From the NCBI GenBank assembly GCA_963764785.1, contig CAVXTU010000001.1, positions 478,015 to 542,014 on the forward strand: a DNA stretch of 64,000 nt. Direction: 5' to 3'. Both the position numbers and the translations under genes were made by a program. This DNA is from an uncultured Chloroflexia bacterium. GTDB taxonomy: Bacteria; Chloroflexota; Limnocylindria; Limnocylindrales; CSP1-4. The notes under the pieces are model-generated. The model was given only the letters and a program-made list of their open reading frames with translations, did no database searches and was not told the DNA's origin. Below, one piece after another: positions 10,086 to 22,775 of this stretch; the stretch's first letter is position 1, and every line of letters starts with the position of its first letter.

Positions 10086-10448
10086 GTCCCTAGGATAGGC
10101 TGGAGCTCACTCCGTGCTCTCGGTGGCGCGTAGGCGCCATGCGATCCACCAGACAGGAGCGCCCGCCGCGGGCGGCGCACCTGGCTGGCCAGGCGACGGG
10201 TCCGACGGGCCCGCACCCGGCGCAGGCTCGATGAGCCGCGCTCGAAACGCGCTCCGGGCGCCAGCCCGCGGGGAGTTGATGCGGGCGGCGCACGGAACGC
10301 GTGGGAAGCCAGGCGCCGGTACGCAGCTGCCCGGAGGGACGGGCGATGTGCGGGACCCTGGTGGAACGGGAGTCGATCACTGCGAGGAAGATGGAGGTTC
10401 CACGTCAACGCACCATCAACGCCATATCAACGTTGTGTTACTTGGGGC

Positions 10449-11168
10449 TCACTCGGTCGGCACTCGCAGCACGTAGCCGACGCCGCGGACGGTCTGCAGG
10501 TAGCGGGGTGTGCTGGGGTCAGCCTCGATGGCCGAGCGGAGCCAATGCACATGCACATCCACCGTGCGCGTCTCGCCGGCGTAGTCGTAGCCCCAGACCT
10601 TCTGGAGCAGCTGATCGCGGCTGAAGACGTGGCCTGGATTGCGCAGCAGGAATCCCAACAGCTCGAACGCCTTGGGCTTGACCGGCAGCTCTTCACCGTC
10701 GCGCAGAAGCCGGTGTCCGGCGACATCGACCGTTACCGCCCCCAGCTGCACTGACTGGGGGTCTCTCGACCTTTCGGCCGTCGCGCCACCGGCCGCCTCC
10801 ACGCTGTCGAGGCGACGCAGCTGCGCGCGGATACGCGCCATCAGCTCCCGCAGGCTGAAGGGCTTGGTCACGTAGTCGTCAGCACCCAACTCCAGGCCCA
10901 CGACCTTGTCGATCTCGCCATCCTTGGCCGTCAGCATCACGATGGGCACGGGTGATTCGCGACGCATGATGCGACAGACCTCGATGCCCGAGATCTGCGG
11001 CAGCATCAGGTCGAGCAGGACCAGGTCGGGCGAACCAGAGCGGAATTGCTCCAGCGCCTCCTTGCCATCGGCGGCCGTGATGACTCCGAGCCCGTCCTGC
11101 CGCAGGGCCTCCGCGAGCGTTTCGCGCAGCGTGGTCTCGTCATCGACGACGAGGATCGTCCGTGCCAC
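10449..11168 (-). CDS. OmpR/PhoB-family response regulator
   Basis: ILVVDDE...DLVLLDLMLP...MLTAK receiver domain plus a winged-helix C-terminus (VWGYDYAGETRTVDVHVHWLR). GTG 11168 lies 3 nt after the upstream gene's stop, so the 11231 start would overlap it. Confidence 0.88.
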   Translation of the reverse strand: MARTILVVDDETTLRETLAEALRQDGLGVITAADGKEALEQFRSGSPDLVLLDLMLPQISGIEVCRIMRRESPVPIVMLTAKDGEIDKVVGLELGADDYVTKPFSLRELMARIRAQLRRLDSVEAAGGATAERSRDPQSVQLGAVTVDVAGHRLLRDGEELPVKPKAFELLGFLLRNPGHVFSRDQLLQKVWGYDYAGETRTVDVHVHWLRSAIEADPSTPRYLQTVRGVGYVLRVPTE

Positions 11169-11170
11169 GC

Positions 11171-11552
11171 TCAATCCAGCCGGGCGACCGGCCCGGGCGC
11201 GCGCATCCACCATTCGCTGAACTCGGAGCAAGCACCACCGTCATCGAAACGGCAGACGAAGATGTTGCTGTATTCGTCGCGCACCAGGCCCGCCTCGTCG
11301 AAGTACTTGGTCGAGCCGATCGCGACATGCACCATCTCCTCGATGGCGAGCGGCTCGTACGCAGCTTCCCACGTGCCTTCCTCCTCGGCCAGCTCCTTCA
11401 GCCAGGCCTCGACGATCGCCTCGCGCCCGACGACCGAGGTATGGCCACCCCGAAAGCTGTAGGAGGCGTCCGTGCTGAAGAGCGCGCCGATGTGCCCTGC
11501 GTCCCGGCTGCGCCAGGCTTCGACATAGCGGCTCAGCCAGGCGGCGAACTGA

Positions 11553-11569
<17 letters not shown>
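11171..11569 (-). CDS. NTF2/SnoaL-like fold protein
   Basis: 132-aa ORF (MHLTRDQFAAWLSRYVEAWRSRD...) with the pattern typical of SnoaL-like/DUF4440 proteins. Overlaps the gltX 3' end by 17 nt. Confidence 0.6.
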
Positions 11570-13760
<2,191 letters not shown>

Positions 13761-13780
13761 GTTGGTCCCCGGGCGGCGCG

Positions 13781-15073
13781 CTAGGCCTGCCCGCCGAGCC
13801 GCGCAAGCTCGAAGCGTGGCAGTGCCATAGCCGCCTCGTCGCCCTGCGGCGAGCGTACGGTCGGATGGTGGTAGCCGGCCAGGACGCGCAGGTCTCGATG
13901 GTCGAGGATGCCGACCTGGGCCAGCGCTTCGACGGTGGCCGCTTTGATGGCCCGGCGCGACATGTCGCCATCTTCGATCTTGATGGCCATGGCGGAGGCC
14001 TCTGCGCCGTCGCTTGCGACGATGCCGATGGCACGCATGCCGTCCGCCCCGGACTTGGCGACCAGGCGACCGGGACGCCGGCGCATGAGCTCGGTGTCGA
14101 GATTGTCGTACGTGCCGCCGACCATATCGGGCTCGGCCATCATGGCGTTCCGGATGCGCAGCAGCGCCGGTGCCGACTGGACTCGATCCCCGTCGACCGA
14201 GGGGCCTTCGGGGTCCGCCAGAAGCAGATAGGCACGGGCAAGCTCCAGGAGCGTGACCTGGTAGGTCAGGACGCCGCAGTTGTCGGCGCTGACCTTGAGC
14301 TCTTCGAGCTTGCGGCCGAAGAGCCGGGCTACCGTTTCGCGAACAGCGACCTGGCTGGGATGTTTGGGACTCAGGTAGTCATGGATGGACCAGCCCGCGT
14401 ACGCGCTCAGGAGGATGCTCGCGGCATGGAAGCCCGAGCAGCCATGGCGGATGGGTCCGGGTGTCTCGCCGTCCCGCGCCAGTCGCGCTGAGGTGAGGGC
14501 GTCGCTGGGAGCGCCTTCGGCACCGCACAGCAGCGACGCCTGGGTCACGTTGGCCCGTCGAAAGATGGCCTGGAGGGTGCGAACGTGCTTGTCTTCGCCA
14601 GTGTGGGAGGCGCACATGATGGCCAACTCGGCCAGCGTCAGGCCCAGGTCGTCCGCGGCCCCGGATTCGATGAGTGGCACCACGCCGAACGGTTTCGCGG
14701 TCGAACGCAGCATCACCTCGGTGGATGGCGCGCCCACCACCCGCATGACCTTGCCTGCGGCATCGACCTGGACGACGTGCCCACGGTGCCGGCTCTCCAC
14801 GGTGTCCCCGCGCTGCACCTCGACGATCACGGGCGGCGCCGAGCCCTTGCGGGTTCGCGTCGACGGTTTCCCGCGCGGCTGGGCTGCGGTCGCTGACGCC
14901 GACCTGCTCAGGACGTCGGCAGCCGCGTGTGCGTCGACCGCGGGAAAGGCGGGGATGGACTCTTGCTCCGGCACATCCCGATGGTATCGCGGGCGGGCGT
15001 GACCGGTATCACGGCTCGCCATCGATGGGGATGGCCCTTCGACGTCGGGGGTCGTAGAATCAGGACTCGCCAT
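13781..15073 (-). CDS. asparaginase II family protein (start uncertain)
   Basis: [20 protein letters not shown]...AKPFGVVPL...MCASHTGED...HGCSGFHA fits the L-asparaginase II family. An alternative GTG start at 14830 would remove an 81-aa low-complexity leader and leave a 266-bp divergent promoter region with upp. Confidence 0.7.
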   Translation of the reverse strand: MASPDSTTPDVEGPSPSMASRDTGHARPRYHRDVPEQESIPAFPAVDAHAAADVLSRSASATAAQPRGKPSTRTRKGSAPPVIVEVQRGDTVESRHRGHVVQVDAAGKVMRVVGAPSTEVMLRSTAKPFGVVPLIESGAADDLGLTLAELAIMCASHTGEDKHVRTLQAIFRRANVTQASLLCGAEGAPSDALTSARLARDGETPGPIRHGCSGFHAASILLSAYAGWSIHDYLSPKHPSQVAVRETVARLFGRKLEELKVSADNCGVLTYQVTLLELARAYLLLADPEGPSVDGDRVQSAPALLRIRNAMMAEPDMVGGTYDNLDTELMRRRPGRLVAKSGADGMRAIGIVASDGAEASAMAIKIEDGDMSRRAIKAATVEALAQVGILDHRDLRVLAGYHHPTVRSPQGDEAAMALPRFELARLGGQA

Positions 15074-15096
15074 CCCGACGTAGCCCGGAGGCGGCC

Positions 15097-15735
15097 GTGC
15101 CCGACCGACCGAACCTGTTCATCTCCAAGCACCCGGCGGTGCTTCACAAGCTGGCACTCCTGCGTGACGAGTCCACCGAACCCAAGAAGTTCAGGGAGCT
15201 GGTCCGTGAGATCAGCTGGCTGGTGGGCTACGAGGCACTCGCCGATGCCCGGCTCGATCAGATCACCGTGCGAACACCACTCGAAGAGACCACCGGGCAT
15301 GAGCTGGCCGAGCGCATCGGCCTGGTTCCCATCCTGCGAGCCGGACTGGGCATGGTGGACGCATTCCTGGAGCTCTTTCCCACCGCAGAGGTCTGGCACC
15401 TTGGCCTGTTCCGCGATGAGCGGACGCTACGGCCGGTCGAGTACTACAACAAGTTGCCCGACGAGACCACGGTCGACACCTGTCTCATCCTGGATCCCAT
15501 GCTGGCCACCGGCGGCTCCGCGACCGCAGCCATCGAGGTGCTCAAGGACTGGGGCGCCCAGCGCATCAAGATGGTCAACCTCATCGCCGCCCCAGAGGGC
15601 GTCGCCGCAGTGGCGGAGGCACATCCGGATGTGGCCATGTACTGCGCCGCGCTGGACCGGCAGCTCAACGAGAAGGGCTATATCGAGCCCGGCCTCGGTG
15701 ATGCCGGAGACCGGCAATTCGGGACCGGCCTGTAG
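15097..15735 (+). CDS. upp: uracil phosphoribosyltransferase
   Basis: [13 protein letters not shown]...[10 protein letters not shown]...[11 protein letters not shown]...[20 protein letters not shown] lies 7 nt upstream of GTG 15097. Confidence 0.92.
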   Translation: MPDRPNLFISKHPAVLHKLALLRDESTEPKKFRELVREISWLVGYEALADARLDQITVRTPLEETTGHELAERIGLVPILRAGLGMVDAFLELFPTAEVWHLGLFRDERTLRPVEYYNKLPDETTVDTCLILDPMLATGGSATAAIEVLKDWGAQRIKMVNLIAAPEGVAAVAEAHPDVAMYCAALDRQLNEKGYIEPGLGDAGDRQFGTGL

Positions 15736-15749
15736 CCGGGACGTCGGAG

Positions 15750-16700
15750 GTGGTCAGGCCCGCCGCTGGAGTGCTGCTCTGCATCACGCCGGCACCGGCC
15801 ATCGATCGCACCGCACATGTCACGGACATCCGCCACGGTGAGGTGCTGCGACCGCATCGACTGGCCGCATTGCCCGGCGGCAAGGGTGTCAATGCGGCTC
15901 GCGCGGCGGCGCGGCTGGGTGGCCGAGTCATGACGACTGGGGTCGCCGGTGGCCACGCCGGTCGATGGATCGTGGAAGCGCTGCTGGCGGAGGGACTCGA
16001 TCCCCACTGGTCGTACGCGGTAGCCGAATCGCGGACCACCTACGTCACCGTTGGCGACGATGGCGACTCGGTCATCGTCTACGAGCGCCCGGGGGTCGCG
16101 ACCGACGGTGAGTTCGATGCGTTCCTGCGGTTGCTCGAAGACGAGTTGTTGCCCCGGTGCGAACGGGCCATCGTCGCCGGCAGCGTCCCCGCTGGCATCG
16201 ATGCCCGTGGCCATGCCGAGGTCGTGGAGGTGTGCCGGCGTGCGGGGCGGCCGCTGCTGGTGGATGCGTCGGGAGCCGGGTTGCGAGCGGCGCTCCCGGC
16301 GACCCCGGACATCGTCAAGATCGGGCGCATCGAGGCCGTCGAGGCCGCCCTGGTGGAAGCTTCCGCCGATGCCATCGACGCGGCTATCGCCCTGGTGGAT
16401 GCGGGCGCCCAGCTGGCCGTGGTCACCGATGGCGCGCTGGACGTCGCGGCAGCTGACCGGCACGCCACCTGGAGCGTGACCGTGCCGGTGGTCGACGCCG
16501 TGAATGCGGTCGGTTCGGGCGACTCGTTCAACGCAGCCATGTCGCTAGCGTTGATGGCCGGGGCCGACATCACGACCGCACTGACCAGGGGCGTGGCAGC
16601 CGGCTCGGCCAACGCCTTGAGCCTCGAAGGAGCCATGCTGGACCCCGGCGTGGCGCGCGCGCTGGAGCGGGACGTGATCGCGACGATGACCGGGAGGTGA
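15750..16700 (+). CDS. PfkB-family carbohydrate kinase (1-phosphofructokinase/tagatose-6-P kinase-like)
   Basis: ITPAPAIDRT...PGGKGVNAARA...VGSGDSFNAAM. Start may be 15750 or GTG 15771. Confidence 0.75.
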   Translation: MVRPAAGVLLCITPAPAIDRTAHVTDIRHGEVLRPHRLAALPGGKGVNAARAAARLGGRVMTTGVAGGHAGRWIVEALLAEGLDPHWSYAVAESRTTYVTVGDDGDSVIVYERPGVATDGEFDAFLRLLEDELLPRCERAIVAGSVPAGIDARGHAEVVEVCRRAGRPLLVDASGAGLRAALPATPDIVKIGRIEAVEAALVEASADAIDAAIALVDAGAQLAVVTDGALDVAAADRHATWSVTVPVVDAVNAVGSGDSFNAAMSLALMAGADITTALTRGVAAGSANALSLEGAMLDPGVARALERDVIATMTGR

Positions 16701-16707
16701 AGGACCC

Positions 16708-17508
16708 ATGGATCGGCTGAAGGACAGGGGCGTCATCATCACCGGTGCCACGGGCATCGCAGGAGCATCGGCGCGCCGCTTCGCGGCCGAAGGCGCGACG
16801 GTGGTGGTCATCTCGCGGACCGCATCGAGTTGCCGCGTCCTTGCGGAGGCGATCACCGACGCGGGCGGCCGTGCCAGCTACGTCGTGGCCGACCTGATCG
16901 ACCCGGGCGTTGCCGAGGCCGCGGCCGCAGAGGCCATCAGCCGACTACCCCGAGTCGACGGGCTGTTCAACGTCGCGGGGGGTTCGGGGCGCCGGATGGG
17001 AGATGGACCGCTCCACGCGATGACCGCAGATGCCTGGGAGGCGACGATGCGACTCAACGCCACCAGCCATGTGCTGATCACATCGCCGGTGCTCCGGGCC
17101 ATGCTGGAGCAGGATCCCGATGCCGACGGCCATCGTGGCGCCATCGTCAACACGGGCAGTGTGCTGGCGTCGCGCCCGGTGCCCGGATTGTTCGCCACGC
17201 ACGCGTACGCGGCTGCCAAGGGTGCCATCGCCGCGTTGACGGTCACCCTCGCGGCCTACTACGCGGGCCATGGCATCCGCGTGAACATGGTGGCACCGGC
17301 GTTGACCACGTCGCGCATGTCGCAGCGGGCCGCCGAGGATGAGGCCACGCTAGCCTTTTCCATGCGGAAGCAGCCCCTGGCCGGCGGGTTCGTGCCGGCC
17401 GAGGACATCGCCGCCGCTGCCCTGTACCTCCTCTCCCCGGAATCTCGAGCGGTCACCGGGCAGACACTCACGGTCGACGGTGGCTGGTCCATCATCGACG
17501 CCACCTGA
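16708..17508 (+). CDS. SDR-family oxidoreductase
   Basis: ITGATGIAGASA Rossmann motif, NTGS, catalytic YAAAKGA. RBS GGAGGTGAAGG. Confidence 0.85.
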   Translation: MDRLKDRGVIITGATGIAGASARRFAAEGATVVVISRTASSCRVLAEAITDAGGRASYVVADLIDPGVAEAAAAEAISRLPRVDGLFNVAGGSGRRMGDGPLHAMTADAWEATMRLNATSHVLITSPVLRAMLEQDPDADGHRGAIVNTGSVLASRPVPGLFATHAYAAAKGAIAALTVTLAAYYAGHGIRVNMVAPALTTSRMSQRAAEDEATLAFSMRKQPLAGGFVPAEDIAAAALYLLSPESRAVTGQTLTVDGGWSIIDAT

Positions 17509-17530
17509 CTGACCCCAGAGGAGGATCTCG

Positions 17531-18595
17531 ATGCCCCAGCCGTACCGCCCCGGTCCGCTGACCACGTCCGTCGTCGGCTCGCATGCCCACCCGGGCTGGC
17601 TCGACCTCGCCGTGGCTGCCGCCGAACGCGGCGAGCTGGGACCGCGCGACATCCGCGAGGTCCAGGACGATGCGGTCGATATGGCACTTCGCGACCAGGA
17701 GGATGCCGGCGTCGACGTGGTGTCGGAGGGTGAGATGCGCCGCGTCGGTTTCTTCACTGCCGAGTTCTACCGGCATCTCACCGGCGTGGCACCGCTCGAG
17801 CCGCAACGCCGCCTGGGGCCGGCCGGCCATGACCAGCAGCACCGCTTCAGGGTCCTGGAGCCCATCGCCGCGCCCGACGGGCTGGGTGTGATCGAAGAGT
17901 TCAGGTACGCCTCCACGCGCACATCGCGGCCGATCAAGGTGACCCTGCCGGGACCGTTCACGCTCTCCGGCCGCCTCAGCTACGGCAGCGGTGAGGTGTA
18001 CGCCGACCGCATCGCTGCCGCCCGGGCCTTCGTGCCCATCCTGGCGGCTGAGTTCGCCGGGCTGGCCGATGCCGGTGCCAGCTACATCCAGATCGACGAG
18101 CCGTCCCCGGCCATCCACCCCGAGGCATCGGACGAGTTCGCCGCGCTCTTCAACGATGCCGCGGCAGGCGTGCAGGGCCGAGTGCATCTGGCTGCGCACC
18201 TGTGCTTCGGCAACTTCTTCGGTCGACCGCTCTCGAAGCGTGTCTACCGGCCGGTACTGGAACAGGCGCTGGCATTCGACGTCGCTGAACTCGTGCTCGA
18301 ATGGGCCAACCGCGAGATGGCCGAGCTTGACGTGGCTGCGGACATCACCGCCGCGGGGCGTCACCTCTCGGCCGGCGTCGTCGACGTCAAGAACTACTAC
18401 ATCGAGTCGGCCGACGATGTCGCCGAGCGTATCGAGAAGGTCCTCGCGGCTGGTGTCCCGGAAGCGCGACTCTCGATCGTGCCGGACTGCGGCTTCAGCC
18501 AGACCGCCCGTTGGGCTACCAAGCCCAAGTTGGCGGCCATGGTCGCGGGTCGCGACCTCGTTCTGGGGCGCCGCACCGCCCGGCGCGACCCATAG
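17531..18595 (+). CDS. cobalamin-independent methionine synthase II family protein (MetE C-terminal-like)
   Basis: TSVVGSHAHPGWL...SEGEMRR...IQIDEP...HLCFGN...VPDCGF pattern of the Meth_synt_2 fold. Confidence 0.7.
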   Translation: MPQPYRPGPLTTSVVGSHAHPGWLDLAVAAAERGELGPRDIREVQDDAVDMALRDQEDAGVDVVSEGEMRRVGFFTAEFYRHLTGVAPLEPQRRLGPAGHDQQHRFRVLEPIAAPDGLGVIEEFRYASTRTSRPIKVTLPGPFTLSGRLSYGSGEVYADRIAAARAFVPILAAEFAGLADAGASYIQIDEPSPAIHPEASDEFAALFNDAAAGVQGRVHLAAHLCFGNFFGRPLSKRVYRPVLEQALAFDVAELVLEWANREMAELDVAADITAAGRHLSAGVVDVKNYYIESADDVAERIEKVLAAGVPEARLSIVPDCGFSQTARWATKPKLAAMVAGRDLVLGRRTARRDP

Positions 18596-18602
18596 GCATG
18601 GT

Positions 18603-18633
18603 CAAGGGCCGGTCCTTGGTGGACCGGCCCTTG
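18603..18633. terminator. bidirectional hairpin between convergent genes
   Basis: caagggccggtcc ttggt ggaccggcccttg (13-bp stem), between the + gene ending at 18595 and the - gene ending at 18675. Confidence 0.6.
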
Positions 18634-18674
18634 GCCTCTAGCTCAGGTTGCGCCGCCATGGCGGCACGAGTCGC

Positions 18675-19812
18675 CTACTCGCCGCCGGGCAGGAGATCAA
18701 CTTGCATCTTCTGGAAGTCGGCACCGACGAGATCACCATCGACGAGCGCACGAGCCTGCTCGGACAGGTCCGATCGACGGGCGCTGTCCGAAGGCTCAGT
18801 ACTGATGATGCCCGCGTCCATAGCGATCTCGACGGTCTTGTCCCAGCTGGCCTCGGGAATGGTACCGATGCCACCCTCCGCTGGCCAGATCAGGCCGTCG
18901 ATCTCATTCATCTGCCAGAGCTGGTGGCTCTTCCCGAGGATGGGCGCGTTGGCCAACACGATGTCGGTGCAAGCTTCCACGTTGTCGCGGCAGTACTGCC
19001 AACCCTCGTAGGCTCCGGCCAGGAACTGAACGGCGATGTCCTCGTTGCCTTCCTCGGCCAGCCATGATTTCGCGCGCCCAGATGGCATCCTGGAGCATCG
19101 CGGTATCGATCGACGGGTCCTTGAAGTCGAAGATGGTGATGTCCTCAGGCTGATACAACTCGCCCGTCTCCGGGTTCGTAGCCTCCAGCACCTGGGCGTA
19201 CTCGTTGTAGATCATCGCAGCGGCGACATCCTGGTCGCGGGTCAGGAAATCGCTCATGTCGAAGAAATTGTCGACCTGGTTGAAGTCAGCGGGCCCCAGC
19301 CCCGCCTGCTTGATGGCTGCGGTCATCTCGAACTCGTTGCCAGCTGGCCAGACTCCGACGGTCTTGCCGGCCCAATCCTCGACCGTGGCGAGATCACTGT
19401 CTGCCCATGCCAGGGCCAACGTACCGGATCGGGTCAGGTGCTGGCCGATGTCAACGAGGTCCGATGGGGTGTCCTCGCTCTGTCGCAGTTGAAGGACCTT
19501 GGGCACCCAGGCGATGGTGAACTCCGGACCATTCGGCTCGGATCCGATGACCTGCGGGCCCGGCCCGGTGGTATCGAGCTCCTGCAGCGTCACGTCCAGA
19601 CCGCGCTCGGCCCAGAAGCACATGTCATGCGCCGCGAAGAAGCCGGCGAACTGTGCCTGCGTGACCCACTGGAGCTGAAGCGTGACTGGGGTCGTACCCT
19701 CAAGGTCGCATTCGCCCATCGCGCCATCGTCCTGAGCGCTGACCCCGGCCACGACCGCGAATGGCAGGCTCGCGGCAAGGGCGAGCGCCATCGATGCTCT
19801 GGCAATCCTCAT
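18675..19812 (-). CDS. NMT1/THI5-like ABC substrate-binding protein, NitT/TauT family (apparent +1 frameshift near 19066-19074)
   Basis: Signal peptide MRIARASMALALAASLPFAVVAGVSA, then LQLQWVTQAQFAGFF. The join DAIWAR|KSWLAEEGNEDIAV lies in a GCGCGCG run. RBS GAGGGA precedes ATG 19812. Confidence 0.75.
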
Positions 19813-19943
19813 GTGTCGTTCCCTCTGCTTCTCGGGCGCCGTATGGCGACCCACGCACTGTCGAGACGCTCGATGCGTCGTTCCCTACCGGGGGACGATA
19901 CAGCGTCAGGCCGCGGTGGTCACGCTCGGGCGGGCCGCGACGG

Positions 19944-20771
19944 TCAGTGCCTATCGTCCTGCAGGGTCCCGTGCCAGGGGATCACCAGTCGTTCGACGAT
20001 GCTTACGATGAGGTACGCCGTGATGGCTCCGAGCGCAGCGATGATGATGGCTCCCCAGGCAAGACCATTCCGTCCGGAATTGACCATCTCGAGGACGACC
20101 TTGCCTAGCACACCACGAGAGCCGCCGAAGTACTCGGCCACGATCGCGCCGATGAACGCGAGCGTGGAGGCGACCTTCAGCGCCGTGAACAGGAATGGAA
20201 GCATGTGCGGGACGCGAACCCGTCGCAGCACGTCGTTTTCCGAGGCTGCGTACGAGCGCATGAGCTCCAGTGACGCTGGTTCGACCTCGACGAGCCCGCG
20301 CGTCGCGTTGACCATCACCGGGAAGAAGACCAGGAGGGAGGCCATGACCATCATCGATAGCTGGCTCGTGGACCCGAACCAGTTCGTGATGATCGGCGCC
20401 GCCGCTACCAGGGGGATGGCGCTCGCTCCGATAGCGACCGGCAGCAGGACGTCCCGGAGAACGATCCAACGAGAGATGGCGAAAGCGACGCCCACACCGA
20501 GCAGACTGCCGATGATGAGACCGCCGATGGCCTCGGTGAACGTCGCGATGGCTGCATCGATGATAAGACCCTGGTCATCGATGACAGCCTCGAGCAATCG
20601 CGAGGGCGGCGGGACCGTCCGTCGACCCTCTCCCGCGGTCATGATCTCCCAGATGACCAGGATCAAGATGAACACGGTGAACGGTGGGCCGTACTCGCGG
20701 GCGAGCACGACGACCTGATCCATGAGCGACTGCCATCGGCGGGAGGCCGCCGCTTCAGTATCCGCCGACAT
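19944..20771 (-). CDS. ABC transporter permease (NitT/TauT family)
   Basis: 275-aa polytopic ORF with an EAA-like segment LELMRSYAASENDVLRRVRVPHMLPF. Confidence 0.85.
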   Translation of the reverse strand: MSADTEAAASRRWQSLMDQVVVLAREYGPPFTVFILILVIWEIMTAGEGRRTVPPPSRLLEAVIDDQGLIIDAAIATFTEAIGGLIIGSLLGVGVAFAISRWIVLRDVLLPVAIGASAIPLVAAAPIITNWFGSTSQLSMMVMASLLVFFPVMVNATRGLVEVEPASLELMRSYAASENDVLRRVRVPHMLPFLFTALKVASTLAFIGAIVAEYFGGSRGVLGKVVLEMVNSGRNGLAWGAIIIAALGAITAYLIVSIVERLVIPWHGTLQDDRH

Positions 20772-21622
20772 CAGCCGAAGGCGCCATCGGCGCGCTGTCG
20801 CTTCGAGACGTCCGTCGTCGACAGCCCGCTGGGCATGTCGCCGGTCCGGCCGCGAAGGCTCTCCCTGACGCGCGTCACGAGTTCGAAATACCGCTCACTC
20901 TCGCGTGTCTCATCGTCTCGAGGATGTGCCAGGTCGATGTCGATGACCTCGCTGATACGACCGGGCCGCTGGCTCATGACCACCACGCGAGTGGATAGGA
21001 ACACGGCCTCGGGGATCGAATGCGTCACGAACACCACCGTCGTGCCCGTCGTCGACCAGATGCGGAGCACCTCCGAGTTGAGACGCTCCCGGGTCATCTC
21101 GTCGAGCGCTCCGAAAGGTTCGTCCATGAGCAGGATGGAAGGTTCGAAGCAGAGCGCACGGGCGATGGCGACACGTTGCTGCATGCCACCCGACAGCTGG
21201 TTGGGATAGTGCTTCTTGAACCCTCCGAGTTCGACCAGATCCAGCATCTCGTCGATGCGTTGCTGGGAGTGGTCGTCCAAACGTCGCATCACCTCGAGGG
21301 GCAGGCGGACGTTGGCCTCGACGGTCCGCCACTCGAAGAGCGCCGGGGTCTGGAAGACCATCCCGTAGTCCCGATCGAGACGGGCCTGATGGGCGGGCTT
21401 GCCGTTCACCTGGGCGAACCCGGCGCTCGGCTCGATCAGATCGGCGATGATCCGGAGTAACGTCGACTTGCCACAGCCGGACGGTCCGATGAGCGAGACG
21501 AACTCGCCGGCACGGATCCGAAGATCGACACCGTCGAGCGCCACGGTCGGACCACTCCGGGACTCGAACGTTTGACCCACACTCTCCAGGACGACCGCAT
21601 GCTGAGTCGGTTGCTCGCGCAT
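20771..21622 (-). CDS. ABC transporter ATP-binding protein (NitT/TauT family)
   Basis: [40 protein letters not shown] 21622 lies just after the upstream permease stop (21625). The 554-aa track ORF is an artefactual N-terminal extension. Confidence 0.88.
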   Translation of the reverse strand: MREQPTQHAVVLESVGQTFESRSGPTVALDGVDLRIRAGEFVSLIGPSGCGKSTLLRIIADLIEPSAGFAQVNGKPAHQARLDRDYGMVFQTPALFEWRTVEANVRLPLEVMRRLDDHSQQRIDEMLDLVELGGFKKHYPNQLSGGMQQRVAIARALCFEPSILLMDEPFGALDEMTRERLNSEVLRIWSTTGTTVVFVTHSIPEAVFLSTRVVVMSQRPGRISEVIDIDLAHPRDDETRESERYFELVTRVRESLRGRTGDMPSGLSTTDVSKRQRADGAFG

Positions 21623-21624
21623 CT

Positions 21625-22734
21625 TCAGCCAGCCGACTGGTTGCGCCGGCGCAGGAAGACGACCTCGACCATGCGCACGAGCATGTAGAACACGATACCT
21701 ACGAGGGCGGCCGCCAGGATGGTCGCCCAGAGCTTCTCGGGCGCCGTGATGTACTGCTGGAAGAACACCATGATGGCTCTTCCCAAACCCTGCTTCACGC
21801 CGCCCGGACCTTCTCCGAGGATGGCTCCGATGATGCTGGCGACGGCAGCGATCTTGAGGGCCGTGAAGAGATACGGCAGCGACGCCGGGATCCGGAGCTT
21901 GCGATAGATGTCCCAGCGCGATGCCGCATACGAGTGCATGAGCTCGAGCGTTCGTTGATCCATGGCACGCAAGCCACGCATCTCCGAGATCGTTACCGGG
22001 AAGAACGTCAGATACGTCGTCACGATGATGATGGCCGCCATACCCTGTCCAAGAGCAACGACGAGGATCGGGGCGATAACGACGATCGGGATCGCTTGGC
22101 TGGCCACCACGTACGGCGTGAAAGCGCGCTCTACCGTTCGGAAATGGACGAACAGCGTCGCCAGCACGATCCCGATCACCGCCCCCAGGCCGAAACCCAT
22201 GATGGCACTGCGCCATGTCTCGAGCGAAGCACCGACGAGGTGGCCGAAGAGCGATGTCTCGGAGCCACGCTGGACGGGCGCGGCGAGTGCGGCCCAAATG
22301 TCCCAGGTGTGAGGAAGGAGCAGGTCGCTCGCCTGCTTGAGGCGGAATGGTGGGTCGTGGAAGTAGCCGATACCCGTCCCAAAGATGTTCTCCAGGCGCC
22401 ACGGGACGCCAAACAGCCACTTGAACACCTCCCACACGACCGCGACCATGAGGAGGAAGGCCGCAATGGCGAACGCGGTGCGAGCAAGACGCCCCACGGG
22501 TGTCGACCAGTGTCCGACCACGCTTGCCAGACCGCGGTCTGCCGCGCTGGCGAGCTGGTCGGCGCCACCTTCGACATCGAGCGCAGCGTCGATGGCATCG
22601 GGATCCGTGAGAGGGTCGGCGTGGCGGTCCCAGCCGGACTCACCCGGCTCCACGTGAGGTTGGGGCGCTACTGGAACGCCAGTCGGCCGTGCAGCCCCAT
22701 CGCGCGGGGAGTGGACTGGTGGATCGCTGCTCAT
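21625..22734 (-). CDS. ABC transporter permease (NitT/TauT family), second subunit
   Basis: Polytopic ORF with LELMHSYAASRWDIYRKLRIPASLPY. ATG 22734 (MSSDPPVH) was chosen because the longer start overlaps the transaminase gene. Confidence 0.82.
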   Translation of the reverse strand: MSSDPPVHSPRDGAARPTGVPVAPQPHVEPGESGWDRHADPLTDPDAIDAALDVEGGADQLASAADRGLASVVGHWSTPVGRLARTAFAIAAFLLMVAVVWEVFKWLFGVPWRLENIFGTGIGYFHDPPFRLKQASDLLLPHTWDIWAALAAPVQRGSETSLFGHLVGASLETWRSAIMGFGLGAVIGIVLATLFVHFRTVERAFTPYVVASQAIPIVVIAPILVVALGQGMAAIIIVTTYLTFFPVTISEMRGLRAMDQRTLELMHSYAASRWDIYRKLRIPASLPYLFTALKIAAVASIIGAILGEGPGGVKQGLGRAIMVFFQQYITAPEKLWATILAAALVGIVFYMLVRMVEVVFLRRRNQSAG

Positions 22735-22775
22735 GTTCTCTTGGTCGCTGTCTTGCCCCCTGCCAGCGTCAGGCG

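Noticed and set aside
10086-10448. RNase P RNA, SRP RNA or a cobalamin riboswitch in the RR-HK spacer.
   Set aside because: By eye I found no GGAAAGTCCGG-type RNase P motif, no SRP GGUCCGGAAGGAAGCAGCC motif and no B12 box on either strand. The region is kept only as an unexplained spacer.
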